A DNA stretch of 63,903 nucleotides, filler included, from Octopus bimaculoides (taxonomy: Eukaryota): the NCBI RefSeq assembly GCF_001194135.2. It is 7 parts of 6 records of this genome, joined end to end, with 100 filler letters (N's around TTAATTAATTAA, not from the genome) between each part and the next. Parts side by side here need not be neighbours in the genome. Positions count along the whole stretch, not along the records: positions 1 to 27,083 come from NC_068989.1; 6 more parts are not named here. One strand, given 5' to 3'. Positions 1 through 12,925 of this stretch are shown piece by piece. The translations under genes were made by a program, and so were the position numbers. Below the pieces are notes generated by a model that saw only the letters and a program-made list of their open reading frames with translations, had not been told where the DNA came from and made no database searches. The stretch's first letter is position 1. The number at the start of each line of letters is the position of its first letter.

Positions 1-13
1 AACAATATATATA

Positions 14-202
14 GGCGCAGGAGTGGCTTTGTCCTAAGAAGCTTGCTTCCCAACCAGATGGCTCCGGGTTCAGTCCCACTGTGTGGAACCTCGGGCAAGT
101 GTCTCCTGCCATAGCATCGTGTGGACCAAATCCATGCGAGAGGATCTGGTAGTCAGAAACTGAAGGGAGCGCGTCGTATATATACATATATGCGTGTGTA
201 TA

Positions 203-250
<48 letters not shown>

Positions 251-408
251 AGCGTTTGTCCCCTCTCCATCGCTTGACAACCATTGTTGGTGTATTTACG
301 TCCCCGTAACTTTAGCGGTTAGGCATAGAGTGCGAACGCATAAGTAATAGGCTTACAAAGAATAAGACATGGGGTCGATTTGTTCGACTAAAGGCGGTGC
401 GCCAGCAT
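14..408 (+). mobile_element. tRNA-derived SINE, family A (abundant Octopus-type SINE)
   Basis: tRNA-like head (GGCGCAGGAGTGGC...GGTTCAGTCCC), internal (TG)n and a tail shared with reverse copies at 994-1408, 44225-44610 and 63630-63903. Confidence 0.8.
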
Positions 409-414
409 ACCCCC

Positions 415-965
415 TTGCATATTTGAAGCGCCTCAAACTTCCCTTTAAGATAGACCTCAACTACCATCAACAAATGGGCTGTTGTTATAGTCCGCTATAG
501 TGCACCCATCTAGAAATAGACTTGAACGGAGATTAATCAACTCCATCGCACTACCCGAAAACAATGACAACCCATGGTGCCCTCCACCCTAAAGCGAATG
601 TACACTGCCTCTACATGAAGCGGAGTAGATGTGAACGTAAGCTGATTAACGTACGGGAGTGCATCAACAGTGAAAGAAGAAACCTGGCAGAATGCTGAGT
701 AAATAGCAAAAAAATGACCTGCTCCAGTATGCTGCTCATGAAGAAGGATTTACCAAAAATGGACTTGAGAGTGCTAAAGAAGTCCGATCAAGAATAACCA
801 GCGAAAGAGAAATTCCACTCGGCATGAAATTACATGATTAGTTCCTCCGTGAAATTAGCAATTTAAAAGACCATGAAGCTTCATGGAGGTGGCTCTGCAA
901 GGGTGACCTGCAAAAGAAGCCTGAAAAGGGATGTATATCACACAAGTTCAACGAACCTCTGCAGA
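415..965 (+). mobile_element. R4/Dong-like non-LTR retrotransposon, RT C-terminal/thumb region (decayed)
   Basis: Frameshifted translation gives WAVVIVRYS..HGALHPKANVHCLYMKRS..LINVRECINSERRNL, typical of RLE-bearing R4-clade ORFs. Continues after a SINE insertion at 1500-2057. Confidence 0.7.
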
Positions 966-993
966 AAGTTTGGGAACAGGCTCGAACACGTGC

Positions 994-1408
994 TTACTCT
1001 CTTTACTCTGTTACTTGTTTCAGTCATTTTGACTGTGGCCATGCTGGAGCACCGCCTTTAGTCGAACAAATCGACCTAGGACTTATTCTTTGGAAGCCTA
1101 GTACTTATTCTATCGGTCTGTTTTGCCGAACCGCTAAGTTACGGGGACGTAAACACACCACCATCGGCTGTCAAGCGATGTTAGACAAACACAGACACAC
1201 AAACATATATACACACATACATATATATATATATATACATATATACGACGGGTTTCTTTCAGTTTCCGTCTACCAAATCCACTCACAAGGCTTTGGTCGG
1301 CCCGAGGCTATATTAGAAGACACTTGCCCAAGGTGCCACGCAATGGGACTGAACTCGGAACCATGTGGTTGGTAAGCAAGCTACTTACCACACAGCCACT
1401 CGTACGCC
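994..1408 (-). mobile_element. SINE family A, near full length, inserted in the R4-like element
   Basis: Reverse complement of the 14-408 element; CpGs intact. Confidence 0.85.
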
Positions 1409-1499
1409 TTGTGAAAGTCTTGCGTAGAAAGAGTACAAGAGCAGACATTAGAAGGTAGCCTACACTTTCATTGGCTAATATGCATGAAGTACGGATACA

Positions 1500-2057
1500 A
1501 GGTAACGGATGTTTAGTACCAACATACACCGGAAAATATAATGGACGAAAAAGGAAAGGTAAAAATTTCTGTGGGACTTTGACTTCCAGACAAGGTGTTA
1601 GAACACCTTAGGCCGGATATAGTAACCTTTAGGATGAACAAACAAATGTGTCTACTAATAATCGACTTGACAGGACCAGGAGATCAAAATTTTATCATGA
1701 AAGAAAGACAAAAGATTAATGAATATGAAGACCCGGGAATTGAGATCAGCAAGATGTAGCAGCTACGTGAGTAAAACATAAAGGCTGTCCCTATTGTCAT
1801 CGGGGCACTAGGTTCAATACGACGCAAACTGAAGAAACACCTGGGAACTTTAGAAATACCCAACAATCTAAGTGTATTGCAAAAGTCGGTATTACTAGCA
1901 ACCGCACGTATATTGCGTAATGTAATATCTGTCTGAGGTCCTTGTTGTGACATGTCAGGCAATACAAACCCTGGGAAAACACAATATGTTCAAACAACAA
2001 CATCACGATATTGGATATGGTGCGAGGTCTTAAATAGCAATAATCATAATAATAATA
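1500..2057 (+). mobile_element. R4/Dong-like restriction-like endonuclease (RLE) domain, 3' UTR and (TAA)n tail
   Basis: HLRPDIV..CLLIIDLTGPGD..KERQKINEY..KAVPIVIGALG..LQKSVLLATARILR is a PD-(D/E)xK RLE C-terminus; ends in TAA-like repeats. Confidence 0.85.
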
Positions 2058-2170
2058 TTGTTGTATTTGGGGATGGTCATGTTGTCAGTTTAGCCAATAA
2101 AAACACACGCACTATATATTTGGTGTTCATTTGCTTCAGTTTTATATTACATTACATTACATTAATCATG

Positions 2171-2298
2171 TGGAGGTGCAATGGCTCAGCGATTAGGGCA
2201 GCGGACTCGCGGTCATAGGATCGCGGTTTCGATTCCCAGACCAGGCGCTGTGAGTGTTTATTGAGCGAAAACACCTACAGTTCCACGAGGCTCCGGCA
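2171..2298 (+). mobile_element. tRNA-derived SINE family B, head
   Basis: A box TGGCTCAGCGA and B box GGTTTCGATTCCC; homologous to reverse copies at 30696-31012, 47570-47959 and 59322-59745. Confidence 0.8.
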
Positions 2299-2302
2299 TA
2301 AA

Positions 2303-3185
2303 AGACGGGCTACAGCAAATATTCTGCTGAATACCACGGATTTTCTTGTCGGATGTTTGACCTTAACAAGTTGAGCATGTCCTTTAGTGACTGACAATAT
2401 GTGCATTTCAGATCACAAGTAGAAGTTTGGGGGAGCATCATAGCCATGTATTGAAAGGAATTCTTTGGGGTTTGGTTAATTCAACTTTAGAAACATGGGC
2501 TTTTTGTTCAGCATCTCTGTGCGGACATACAAAAGACCATAGATCTGAGAGGTTAGCGTTGGAGGTTAGGCAGTTGTTTTCGATGAAAAAGTGGTAGTAG
2601 TATCAATAATAGTCGGAGCCCTGGGAACAGTAAGTAAAAATCTTGCGAAGTACATGGAGCAAATAGGGGCTGCAATAACGGTGGAGCACTTGCAGAAAAC
2701 AGCACTGCTTGGAACCGCTCGAATACTCCGGAAGGTGTTCTAAAAATAAGGGGTGATACGTTAGTTCACTGGTAGTGAACAGCTAACACAGTAGTACATC
2801 TCCAGCGTTAGAAGCTGTAGAAAGGTAATACTAATAATAATAATAATGATAATAATAATAATAATAATAAATGCCCTGATGCAGTTCCAGGCAGTGGCTC
2901 TCATGGTTTCTGATCTTAATTGATTGGAAGTGTTATCTTGTACGTTGTTTTGTCATGGTATAAAGGGTGGGCTACAGCAAATATTCTGCTTCATACCACA
3001 GATTTCCTTGTCAGTTGTTTAACCATAACCAGTTGAGCATGTCCCTTAGTGGCTGACGATATGTGCATCTCTGATCACAAGCAGAAGTAGTGGGGGAGCA
3101 TCATAGCCATGTGTTCAGAGGAGTTCTTTGGGGTTTGAATAATTCACCTTTGGAAACGTGGGTGTTTTGCTCAACATCCTTATAA
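2303..3185 (+). repeat. Two direct copies of an unclassified interspersed repeat (family C; ~2303-2515 and ~2871-3185) flanking an R4-like 3' end
   Basis: The shared core gagcatgtcc(c/t)ttagtg(a/g)ctgac(a/g)atatgtgcat..gggggagcatcatagccatgt occurs twice here and once reversed at 39285-39717. Confidence 0.75.
2520..2870 (+). mobile_element. Second R4/Dong-like RLE 3' end with (TAA)n tail
   Basis: VVVSIIVGALGTVSKNLAKYMEQIGAAITVEHLQKTALLGTARILRKVF* followed by (TAA)n at ~2832-2870. Confidence 0.85.
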
Positions 3186-3199
3186 TAATTATAATAGTC

Positions 3200-3410
3200 C
3201 TTTCTGTTATAGGCTCAAGGCCTGAAATTTTAAGGAAGGCGATAGTCGATTACATTGCCCCCGGTGCTTCACTGGTACTCAATTTATAGTCCCCGAAAGG
3301 ACGAAAGGCAACGTCTACCTCGTCGGAATTTGAAATCAGACCGTAGCTACTGGCGAAATACTGCTAAGAATTTCGACCAGCGTTCCAACGAGTCTTCCAG
3401 CTCGCCGCTA
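3200..3410 (-). mobile_element. tRNA-derived SINE family D (further copies ~10490-10690 -, ~23800-24005 -)
   Basis: Reverse complement of the 28887-29130 element (GGCGGTGAGCTGGCAGAA..GAGTTCAAATTCCGCCGA). Confidence 0.75.
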
Positions 3411-3959
3411 ATAATAATGATGATGATGATGATTTCAAATTCTGGCTCTAGGGCAGCAAGTTCGAAGAAGAAAGTAAGTCAATTACCTCCATCAAACAGG
3501 TAAATAACAACATCAATAGTACCAATTACGATAATAAGGATTCTGTCACAAACCGCGACAATTACGCTGCTCTTTCTCGTGTAAAGTCAGCAACATTTAC
3601 GCTTTCAATTGCTAATACCTACAATAACAGCACAAATGAATAAATGCTCGTTGCAAGCTCACTGCAATATGTCTAATGTGGTTTATAAGTACAAGGTCCT
3701 GAATAAACACCAAAACTCTACTAAGATATATTGGAGCTACTGTTAACTTTAAGAAAAGATATTCTACGTGTTCAAACTCATTTAGATATGAAAAACATTG
3801 TAGATCTACTTCACTTGCAGAGCACATACACTACCTTAGGAAAAAGAACATAACACATAACATGGTCCATCATTGACTCAGGTCCTCCATAGTAAGGTTA
3901 AAATGTCTCCTGCTAGTTATGTTTGAAGAAAACTATACAAATTCTATCACATAACCCAA

Positions 3960-5250
3960 CATAATTATTAGACAAATAACATTAATCCTTCTCTACCTGT
4001 CTCCGCATTTTTTCAAAATCATCCACGTTTTACCACGAATCTCATTGCACTAAAACAATTACCTCTGATTCTTACTGATATATAGTTTAGATATCATATG
4101 AACTCACTTTTAATTAAAGTAGAATACCTACAGTATCATCATATACTTATTCTTCTTTTTATAGATCTTTATTCTTTCCATTAATTCATATTTAACGCGT
4201 CCCAGCTAGATTATAACTAATCGAATGGGCTTTCAGTTACAACACTTTTGTTATTAATTGAATACCACTATGCCTTTTCTTCTCACCGTTATGGAGTTAT
4301 ACATTGAGTAATAATATACGTAATCAATTTAACTTTCCCTACCTTTTCACTGGTTTACTTATATGATAACTAGTGTCCATTGTCCATTATTATTATATTT
4401 GCTTCATTCCTGGGCCGTATAATTACGCTTTATTTAAACTTGCTAAAATAATATCAATCATTTATTTTTTATTTGTCATCTTTAGATTTTTATTTTTATT
4501 CTTCGATTCACAAAGAAAATGCACTTTCAGTAACACTGCAAACTTTAAAATTGTAATTAATATTATGAACATCTCTTTCTAGCAAAATTGTAACCAGGTG
4601 AGCCCTAAATCCCCCCTCACTTCAGGTAGTAACACGCTCTCTATAATTCAAGTTCTTCATCCTTTTACAACCCCTTAATTACCATCCTAACCAATTCTCT
4701 CCCACACTTGCAAACTCTGTTCAGAGCTGGCAGTCAGCTAAAGGATGAAAGTATCTGACATCTGCTATTCCTCATCCCTTATCTATCTGTCTATGTGTAT
4801 ACAGCTCCTAACTTCTTTTGATAAAAAGGCTCTCTCTATACAGTCAAGTGTATATCTAATTTAGTGCTTCTACCATTCTGACTTTTCTTCACATCGTAAT
4901 ATATTATTCCTACTCAAACCTAATTCATTCCTCTAATCAAAAATGTAACTAGTATCTTCGATTATTCCTTGCCATCGATTAGCATCAAGCATTCCTATAT
5001 GGTTCTACTAATGGACCTTACCTATGACTTTATTAATTATTTGATCATCGAACTGTGTAAAACATAACTAGTTTACTCTGAACCTTCTTTCATTGTTGAC
5101 AAACTGGAATCCACGATTGGAGTATTTCCTCATTTTTATACTTTCCTGACTTCTACCTTTCTGATAACTGAATTTTTATGGAATTTTTTACACAATATCA
5201 TGATTCGCATGCTTGGCTACAGTAGAAACAGTTGCACGGAACCCTAAATG
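3960..5250 (-). mobile_element. Highly decayed CR1/L2-like LINE 3' region
   Basis: Minus-strand remnants MKNLNYRERV (cf. LKNLSYEERL) and a downstream RGDL-like stretch; many stops. Confidence 0.4.
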
Positions 5251-6842
5251 TTGATATTCTCTATCTAAATTAAATGGTGTTTTTTTTTTTTTTCGAATAA
5301 TGCCAAATGTTTTGCTCTTTTATTTTTATTTTAATCTATATAGTTAACAATGCGTATGTATATCAACACAATTTTTCGGAAATTATTCGATTCCTAATAA
5401 TTTTGCCACGAAATGTGTAATTTGCTATCTAACGAATAAGAAATGAGGCATTTGTTTAAAGATCAGGAAATATTAATTTAATTAATTATTGGTTAAAGAA
5501 ATGAATATGAAAATTGTCTTACTAGTATATATTATTTATGGAACTCCACTAAAATCATTTCAAAAATTAAGGAAATGTAATATTGTTTTATTAGTTTTAC
5601 TTTCATAGACAATATTTCACAGTCAAATCGTTGAAATAATTACTGTTTAGACAATTGACTTGTGAATTATTCATTATTGTTGTTGTACAGGATCTGCTGA
5701 TTGATTTTATGTTTACATTAACGTGCTTCTTAATGTTATAATTAATCTTTCTGCCAAAGGGAAGTCATTTTATAATTCACATCATCGGCATCAATATTAC
5801 ATTTTAGTTCTACTCGAATTTTGCTATGAGTATGTATGTTTTTGTTAATTTTTATTTTAAATATTTCATAATATTAATAAAAATAAAGAAAATTTGACAA
5901 TAACAAATCTGTTTCCTTGATGTATAGGGCGTGTTCCTCCTGAACGGATATCCACTGTTCTCACGTTCTTTCCCAGTGCGTATATTGCCTTTATTATTAT
6001 TTGCCACCTCACTTAGTGGAACTGCACATAACGCCACAGATGTGGTAAACTGATAATTATAGGGATTTCTATTGAGAATTAGGGACGAAGTCAAACTATA
6101 ATTTTCTGATATTTAAAACTGGCAGGTCGGTTTCCATTCTCTACCAAATTTCGTATTTAAATTGTTAATGCTGTTATTTGTCACACATAGATTTCGTAAA
6201 TCAGAATAACTGTCGTCAAAGACATTATTGTAGCATTTATCATCATATATTTTTCAGACTAGACTTCTTTGAGTTCTTTAACTGGGATATAGCAGATGCC
6301 ATGCCATATATATGGGAGATGGCGTGTGTGTACATATGCGTATCGAAAGATGCGGTTATCACACAAAGCTGCTCTTACATATTTGCATTAATGTGTATGC
6401 TCCGTATTACAGAATCCAATTGTATCTTCACAAATTCAGGCATATACATAAAGCTAGCTAATAAGACCACCGGAAGAGCATAGTTACACCGACAATATTA
6501 CTCTAAATATACACACAATATGTCTTCCTTATTTTTACAATGTATGGAGGGTTGAATCTGAAGAGGCTCATCCATACATATTGTGCCCTTATTATTAAGT
6601 ATTATTAAAGTTGCTACACAATGGTGACAGTCATGTTTCCGTAATTCCACACATCTGAACTTCCGTACATACACACTATATCGTTTTGATCTTACATATT
6701 ATTTGATATATATGATTCAGTCAAATTACTTCTAATAATCCCTCTGGTAGATCAATCAAAAACAATTCATCTTCAGGTGACTGCCAACATGTTTACATAT
6801 ATATATATGTGTGTGTGTGCGTGTGTGTGTGTGTATGTGTGT

Positions 6843-6886
<44 letters not shown>

Positions 6887-7470
6887 TCACATATGTGCAT
6901 GAATATATTTTTCCGCATATGGTTCCGTTTATATTGATCTAAGTACGTATCTATGTTTATTTACATTTAAAATCTTTACATATTTAGTAGATGTGTGAGT
7001 GTGTGTCTGTGTGTGTCTGTGTCTGTGTGTGTCTGTGTCTGTGTGCTTGTAGGGCTGGGTACGTGTGCGTAAAAGATTTATCATGCACATATGTGTATGT
7101 ATATATGCGTATTTTGAACGTGTACAATCTTTTGACTTCTCACCCCATCTGATTTCTCTCTTCTCACCATTCCTTTCTCTCCCCCTCTGTTTTCCCTCTC
7201 CCCCCTCTCTATACATGCATGTGTGTATATGTATCTTTTATCTTGTACTTGTCACAGTCATTAGATTGCGGCCTTGCTTTTATGGAATCCTGGTACTCAT
7301 TCTTTCGTTCTCTTTTGCCGAACAGCTAGTTTACAGAAACGTAAACATACCGACGTTGGTTGTCAAGCGGAGGTCGGTAACACACACATACATACACACA
7401 CATACATGCACATACAGACACACCCGTATACATATAGATAGATAGGTATATTTATATATATATATATATA

Positions 7471-7540
<70 letters not shown>

Positions 7541-7766
7541 GAAAGAGAAAGAGACAGACAGACAGACAGACAGACAGAAAGAGAAATAGAGAGATTGAAT
7601 AATCGATAGCGAAAACAAAGACCACTGAAAGCTTTATTTAGCACGATGATCATTTCAGCTTACAACTATCCTTATATTGTCGAGCCAAATAAAATTACAG
7701 TACAGTCTGTCTTCTTTATCAATGAAAAAACCTTTATCGGTAAAACCATTTATCATCATAAATATA

Positions 7767-7997
7767 CAGGGATTAGCATTGAGTTGCTTCTCCAACATAC
7801 TGAAAATTTAGAAATAGCACTCAAAGAACTACTGATTCTAAACTACAAATTTTTCTCTAAATGGATGGCGATATTTATGGCACACATAGAACAAAAAACC
7901 GGAGGGAAAAGCACAAACAAGTTTAGAATCAGTAGTTCTTTGACTGCTATTTCTAAATTTTCAGTATGTTGGAGAAGCAACTCAATGCTAATCCCTG
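7767..7997. mobile_element. 231-bp MITE with 78-bp terminal inverted repeats
   Basis: Arms 7767-7844 and 7920-7997 are reverse complements with one mismatch; CAGGG...CCCTG termini; TA on the left and CA on the right. Confidence 0.85.
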
Positions 7998-9199
7998 CAT
8001 AACTTCATATATANNNNNNNNNNNNNNNNNNNNNNNNNNNNNNNNNNNNNNNNNNNNNNNNNNNNNNNNNNNNNNNNNNNNNNNNNNNNNNNNNNNNNNN
8101 NNNNNNNNNNNNNNNNNNNNNNNNNNNNNNNNNNNNNNNNNNNNNNNNNNNNNNNNNNNNNNNNNNNNNNNNNNNNNNNNNNNNNNNNNNNNNNNNNNNN
8201 NNNNNNNNNNNNNNNNNNNNNNNNNNNNNNNNNNNNNNNNNNNNNNNNNNNNNNNNNNNNNNNNNNNNNNNNNNNNNNNNNNNNNNNNNNNNNNNNNNNN
8301 NNNNNNNNNNNNNNNNNNNNNNNNNNNNNNNNNNNNNNNNNNNNNNNNNNNNNNNNNNNNNNNNNNNNNNNNNNNNNNNNNNNNNNNNNNNNNNNNNNNN
8401 NNNNNNNNNNNNNNNNNNNNNNNNNNNNNNNNNNNNNNNNNNNNNNNNNNNNNNNNNNNNNNNNNNNNNNNNNNNNNNNNNNNNNNNNNNNNNNNNNNNN
8501 NNNNNNNNNNNNNNNNNNNNNNNNNNNNNNNNNNNNNNNNNNNNNNNNNNNNNNNNNNNNNNNNNNNNNNNNNNNNNNNNNNNNNNNNNNNNNNNTAAGT
8601 TTGTGTTTGTGTGTGCGTATTTTTCCCTTGTTTACAATTAACACGGAAAAATAGATAAATAGTTACCAGTGTTGGAAAAAAAATTACACAAGTAAAAAGG
8701 GCGTAACACCTTGTTGTTAAAGGTAGAAACTCCGGGTTTACGTGAAATATTCTGTATAATATATATATAAATAAATAAATGGAGTTTAACGCAGGTGTTA
8801 TTCTGTTATTCAATTTTTTTTTACTTCCGACACATGTTTCGAATATATCATTGGTATTATTCCAAAGGAATAAAATGGTGTAAAACAATGTAATCTTCTC
8901 TTCAGGGAAATGACGAAATAAAACTCGACAATAAAACATTTTACAGAACATGATGGATATGTAAAGTGATGAACTGAACGCTATTAAGTTTTTTAAAAAA
9001 CGTTAGACGATATAACGTCAAAGGTAGCCTATAGAAAGAGGAGGGTAACAGAAAGAAAACAATCAGAAACAGAATAAATGAGAAGTATAGAACAATATGC
9101 AAATTAAATAAAACCCAAAAGTCTTGGTAAAATATATATTTAGTGAAAGTGAAATGTAAGAAGAAAATCAATGTTTGAATTATATATAATGATAGATAT

Positions 9200-9990
9200 C
9201 ACTTATATGAACTAAAGGTGCGTTTCTACCAATGTTTACATCGGTAGGCACGCTCTATAATCGTGTTTACAAGGGATTTTTAGAAAAAAAAGAATAACCT
9301 ATAGTTCAAGACTGCAGAAAAGATAGAATTCCTTGGCGTTATCATAAGGGAAAGAAATTGAGAGAATCAACCAATCCAAATTAAATTGTTTATTATGGTT
9401 TTTTTAGATAGCAAATTAATTTACTAAGCTCTGTACTGTTACGTTTATTCCTATCCCTAAACGTAGAGTAATGATTAGAAATTGTTTTAGATAACTGAGA
9501 AGAACTACCTATATAAATATGTGCCAGAAAGTATATTTCAAATGGTACAGGGAAGACCGCCGACCTGCTAACACTGTGGAGAAATGGGGCACATTAAAAT
9601 AAAGTCCCACCCAAATAAGCAGTGAAACCACAGAGAACCGGGAAGAACAAAGTAGGTATAATGGCAGCCCGAGCCCAGGAGGAAGGTATGGAAGATACAG
9701 ATATGGCGGGGTTCACCGAAGTATCGAAAAAAGAAAGAAAGGAAACGATGAATACACCCACTAAAAGTACAAAGTAGAAGAGGAAGAACAGCAAAATAAG
9801 AGATTATACAGCAAGCACACAACACACAGAGTAAACCCACACAGCATACATCACTACCAGTAACGTCCCCCAAAAAGGAAACCATTTGAGATACTCCGTG
9901 TTCACCTCGTAGATAAGCAAACACATGGAGAGACAGGTATAGCACGCAGTCACGCAAAACCCCACCTAAAAACTAAGCATACATAATGAC
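9200..9990 (+). mobile_element. Decayed LINE ORF1 (gag-like) remnant with broken CCHC zinc knuckle
   Basis: From 9551: GRPPTC*HCGEMGHIKIKSHP (CX2CX4HX4C with a stop and the last Cys lost), followed by a Lys/Glu/Thr-rich region. Confidence 0.5.
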
Positions 9991-10127
9991 ATACTAAAAG
10001 CACGGCTATTGAACGAATTATCACCAACTTCAAATCGGTGATTAGATTTAAATTGCCGGCAGAGGAATACACAAAAAAAACACAAAATGCACACACCCTG
10101 TGTGTGTTCGATGTTGTTTACATATTT

Positions 10128-10232
<105 letters not shown>

Positions 10233-11673
10233 CACGTTGGGCTTCCGCTCACTTTTCGCCTACAAAATTTGTTGCCGGCCCAGAGCTATTTTAGAAGATA
10301 AATGGTAATTGGATGTCGAAGACAGAAATTTGAAACTGAGAAACAACTTAGAAACACTGCGTAGAAAATGAATATAACAATTAAAGGCGTAGTGAACATC
10401 ATTAAGAGTAGAAATACATTAAATAATTCATTACATTTTTTTGTGTCTAGAAGTCGTAATTTCTATGTGTTATCTGTACTCTTGGATAGTAAGTTATTTT
10501 ATCACTGAAGGCCTGAAATTTGGGTGGAGAGGGAGATGGTCGATTGCAGTGACCTCATAGCTGAAATTGTAATTATTTAATCGACCTCAAAAGGACAACG
10601 GTAAAGTCGATATATGAACTCAATGTAAAGGTGGAAGAAATGTCGCTAAGCATTTTGTTAGGCATGCTAACGATTCTGTCAGCTCACCGTTTTCATTCTT
10701 ATTAACCTCAACCGAATTATAACCTTTTGGTTATAGGCATGCATATTCATTCACACATGCAAACACGCGCACAAACACGAATTTAAACAAACATTAATGA
10801 ACCGAATCTTTAATTGATGTTCTATTTTCCAGTATATTTTCTCAAGCACCTCTTGTCACATACACCACACCAAGCGCTTACACATATACATATACACGCC
10901 CAAGCACATTTTTATATCATTCTCACTCTCTGTCGTTCTCCTTGACTGTCTCTATCTTTCTCTCTCTCTTTCTCACTCTCATTTTTCCCCCTTTCCACAA
11001 TAACAAACAGAAAAACGCTAGGATGGATTGTTACATTCAGTTTTAATTTTCTATTACTGGCACTACATAATGAGACCTCCAGTGCCAAAGAGGCCAAGCG
11101 ATCCCCTTCCGTTTAACACCGTGTCAGCTGACTGTTAATTTCCCCTTTCCACCTAGTGAATGTTCTTTAACACGAAACATTTCTGTAACAATATCAATAA
11201 GTCGTGACGAGATTTCCACTACATATTTGTATGTATGTATGTATGTATGTATGTATTGATATAAATACAGTGAGTAGGCTAACGCAAAATAAGCTTAGTA
11301 TATATAAAACAAAACAGTGATATAATGGATGGAAATTTTAACTCCAACCGCTTCATTCAGGACCAGCGCCTTTGTATCTAAAGTTAACGCCAAGAACAAT
11401 CCTTACCAAGGTATTTAGGAGGTTGTATGGTAGATAAATAAAAGTAGGCTTAAGTCATATGTTTATATTGAGTACAAAATACAGATTACAAAATAAAGAA
11501 ACAAAAAAAACCTGTAACTAATTATGCAAATATACGTCTCAAGCCAACCTTTGTTTATCTCACTTTCCTGCTCTCTCTGTCTCTCACACTCGCTTACTCT
11601 TTGTTTATACATATGTGTGCGTGTGTGTGTGTGTGCGTGTCTGCGCGCACGTACGTGTGTAAGTATGCATTGA

Positions 11674-11709
<36 letters not shown>

Positions 11710-11712
<3 letters not shown>

Positions 11713-11892
11713 CCATGATAGATCGCTAACCACTACACATTATTTTTTCTCCTTGTTTCTTTCTGTGTTCCTTTCTGTGGAAGAGCGTAGGCTCGAAACA
11801 TTAACGACTTTTTCTATTCCCGAGCGTTATACTAATACACCTGTTTGTTTCCTACACCACCTGTCTGTTGTTTTTTTTGTGTGAATTCTCCC

Positions 11893-11947
<55 letters not shown>

Positions 11948-12128
11948 AAAAGAAACAAAAGACGAAGACAGATGGTGTAGAAAACAAACAGATGTATTAG
12001 TTTAACGCTCGAGAACTGAAAAAGTCTTTAACGTTTCGAGTCTACGCTCTTCCGCAGAAAGGAACACAGAAACAAACAAAGAGAGAGAATAAAGGATGTG
12101 TAGTGGCTAGCAATCTATCATGGCGAAT
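11710..12128. repeat. Inverted pair of Penelope-type terminal-repeat fragments around a (TA)n(GA)n core
   Basis: 11710-11892 and 11938-12128 are diverged reverse complements; each carries a hammerhead-like motif (11771-11806 +, 12026-12061 -). Confidence 0.7.
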
Positions 12129-12850
12129 GCCGGACAGAGGGGTCAAACAGGAGAGCTTGAAAGAAAGGGGTAATAAAGTAGTGGTGATCCCTAAACGAAG
12201 GTGCACGTGCCTGTGTACAAGAGAGTATGTATGTGCGTGTGGAAGAGGGCTGGTGACATTGACGTGTGTGTGCGTGTATGAGTAGGTGTATGGTTGTGTG
12301 CGTGGTGGTGTGATGTGATGTGATGTTGTGTGGTATGGTGGTGTATGGTGTAATGGTGTGTGGTGTGGTGGTTTTGGGAGGCGGGGAGGCGAGAGTTGGG
12401 AAAGGAAGGGTGGGTTGTTTGTTAGGCTGAGNNNNNNNNNNNNNNNNNNNNNNNNNNNNNNNNNNNNNNNNNNNNNNNNNNNNNNNNNNNNNNNNNNNNN
12501 NNNNNNNNNNNNNNNNNNNNNNNNNNNNNNNNNNNNNNNNNNNNNNNNNNNNNNNNNNNNNNNNNNNNNNNNNNNNNNNNNNNNNNNNNNNNNNNNNNNN
12601 NNNNNNNNNNNNNNNNNNNNNNNNNNNNNNNNNNNNNNNNNNNNNNNNNNNNNNNNNNNNNNNNNNNNNNNNNNNNNNNNNNNNNNNNNNNNNNNNNNNN
12701 NNNNNNNNNNNNNNNNNNNNNNNNNNNNNNNNNNNNNNNNNNNNNNNNNNNNNNNNNNNNNNNNNNNNNNNNNNNNNNNNNNNNNNNNNNNNNNNNNNNN
12801 NNNNGGGAGTCCGATGACCCCTGAGCAAGGACAATACGGACACACACACG

Positions 12851-12925
<75 letters not shown>

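Noticed and set aside
2171-2245. tRNA-like sequences (also 14-80, 28887-28975, 31073-31140)
   Set aside because: They are SINE heads: each continues into a repeat body found in multiple copies and lacks a clean acceptor stem.
5852-6483. ORFs 5852-6094 (-) and 6178-6483 (+) in unique-looking DNA
   Set aside because: No recognisable domain, weak starts and no convincing paired splice sites; compatible with chance.
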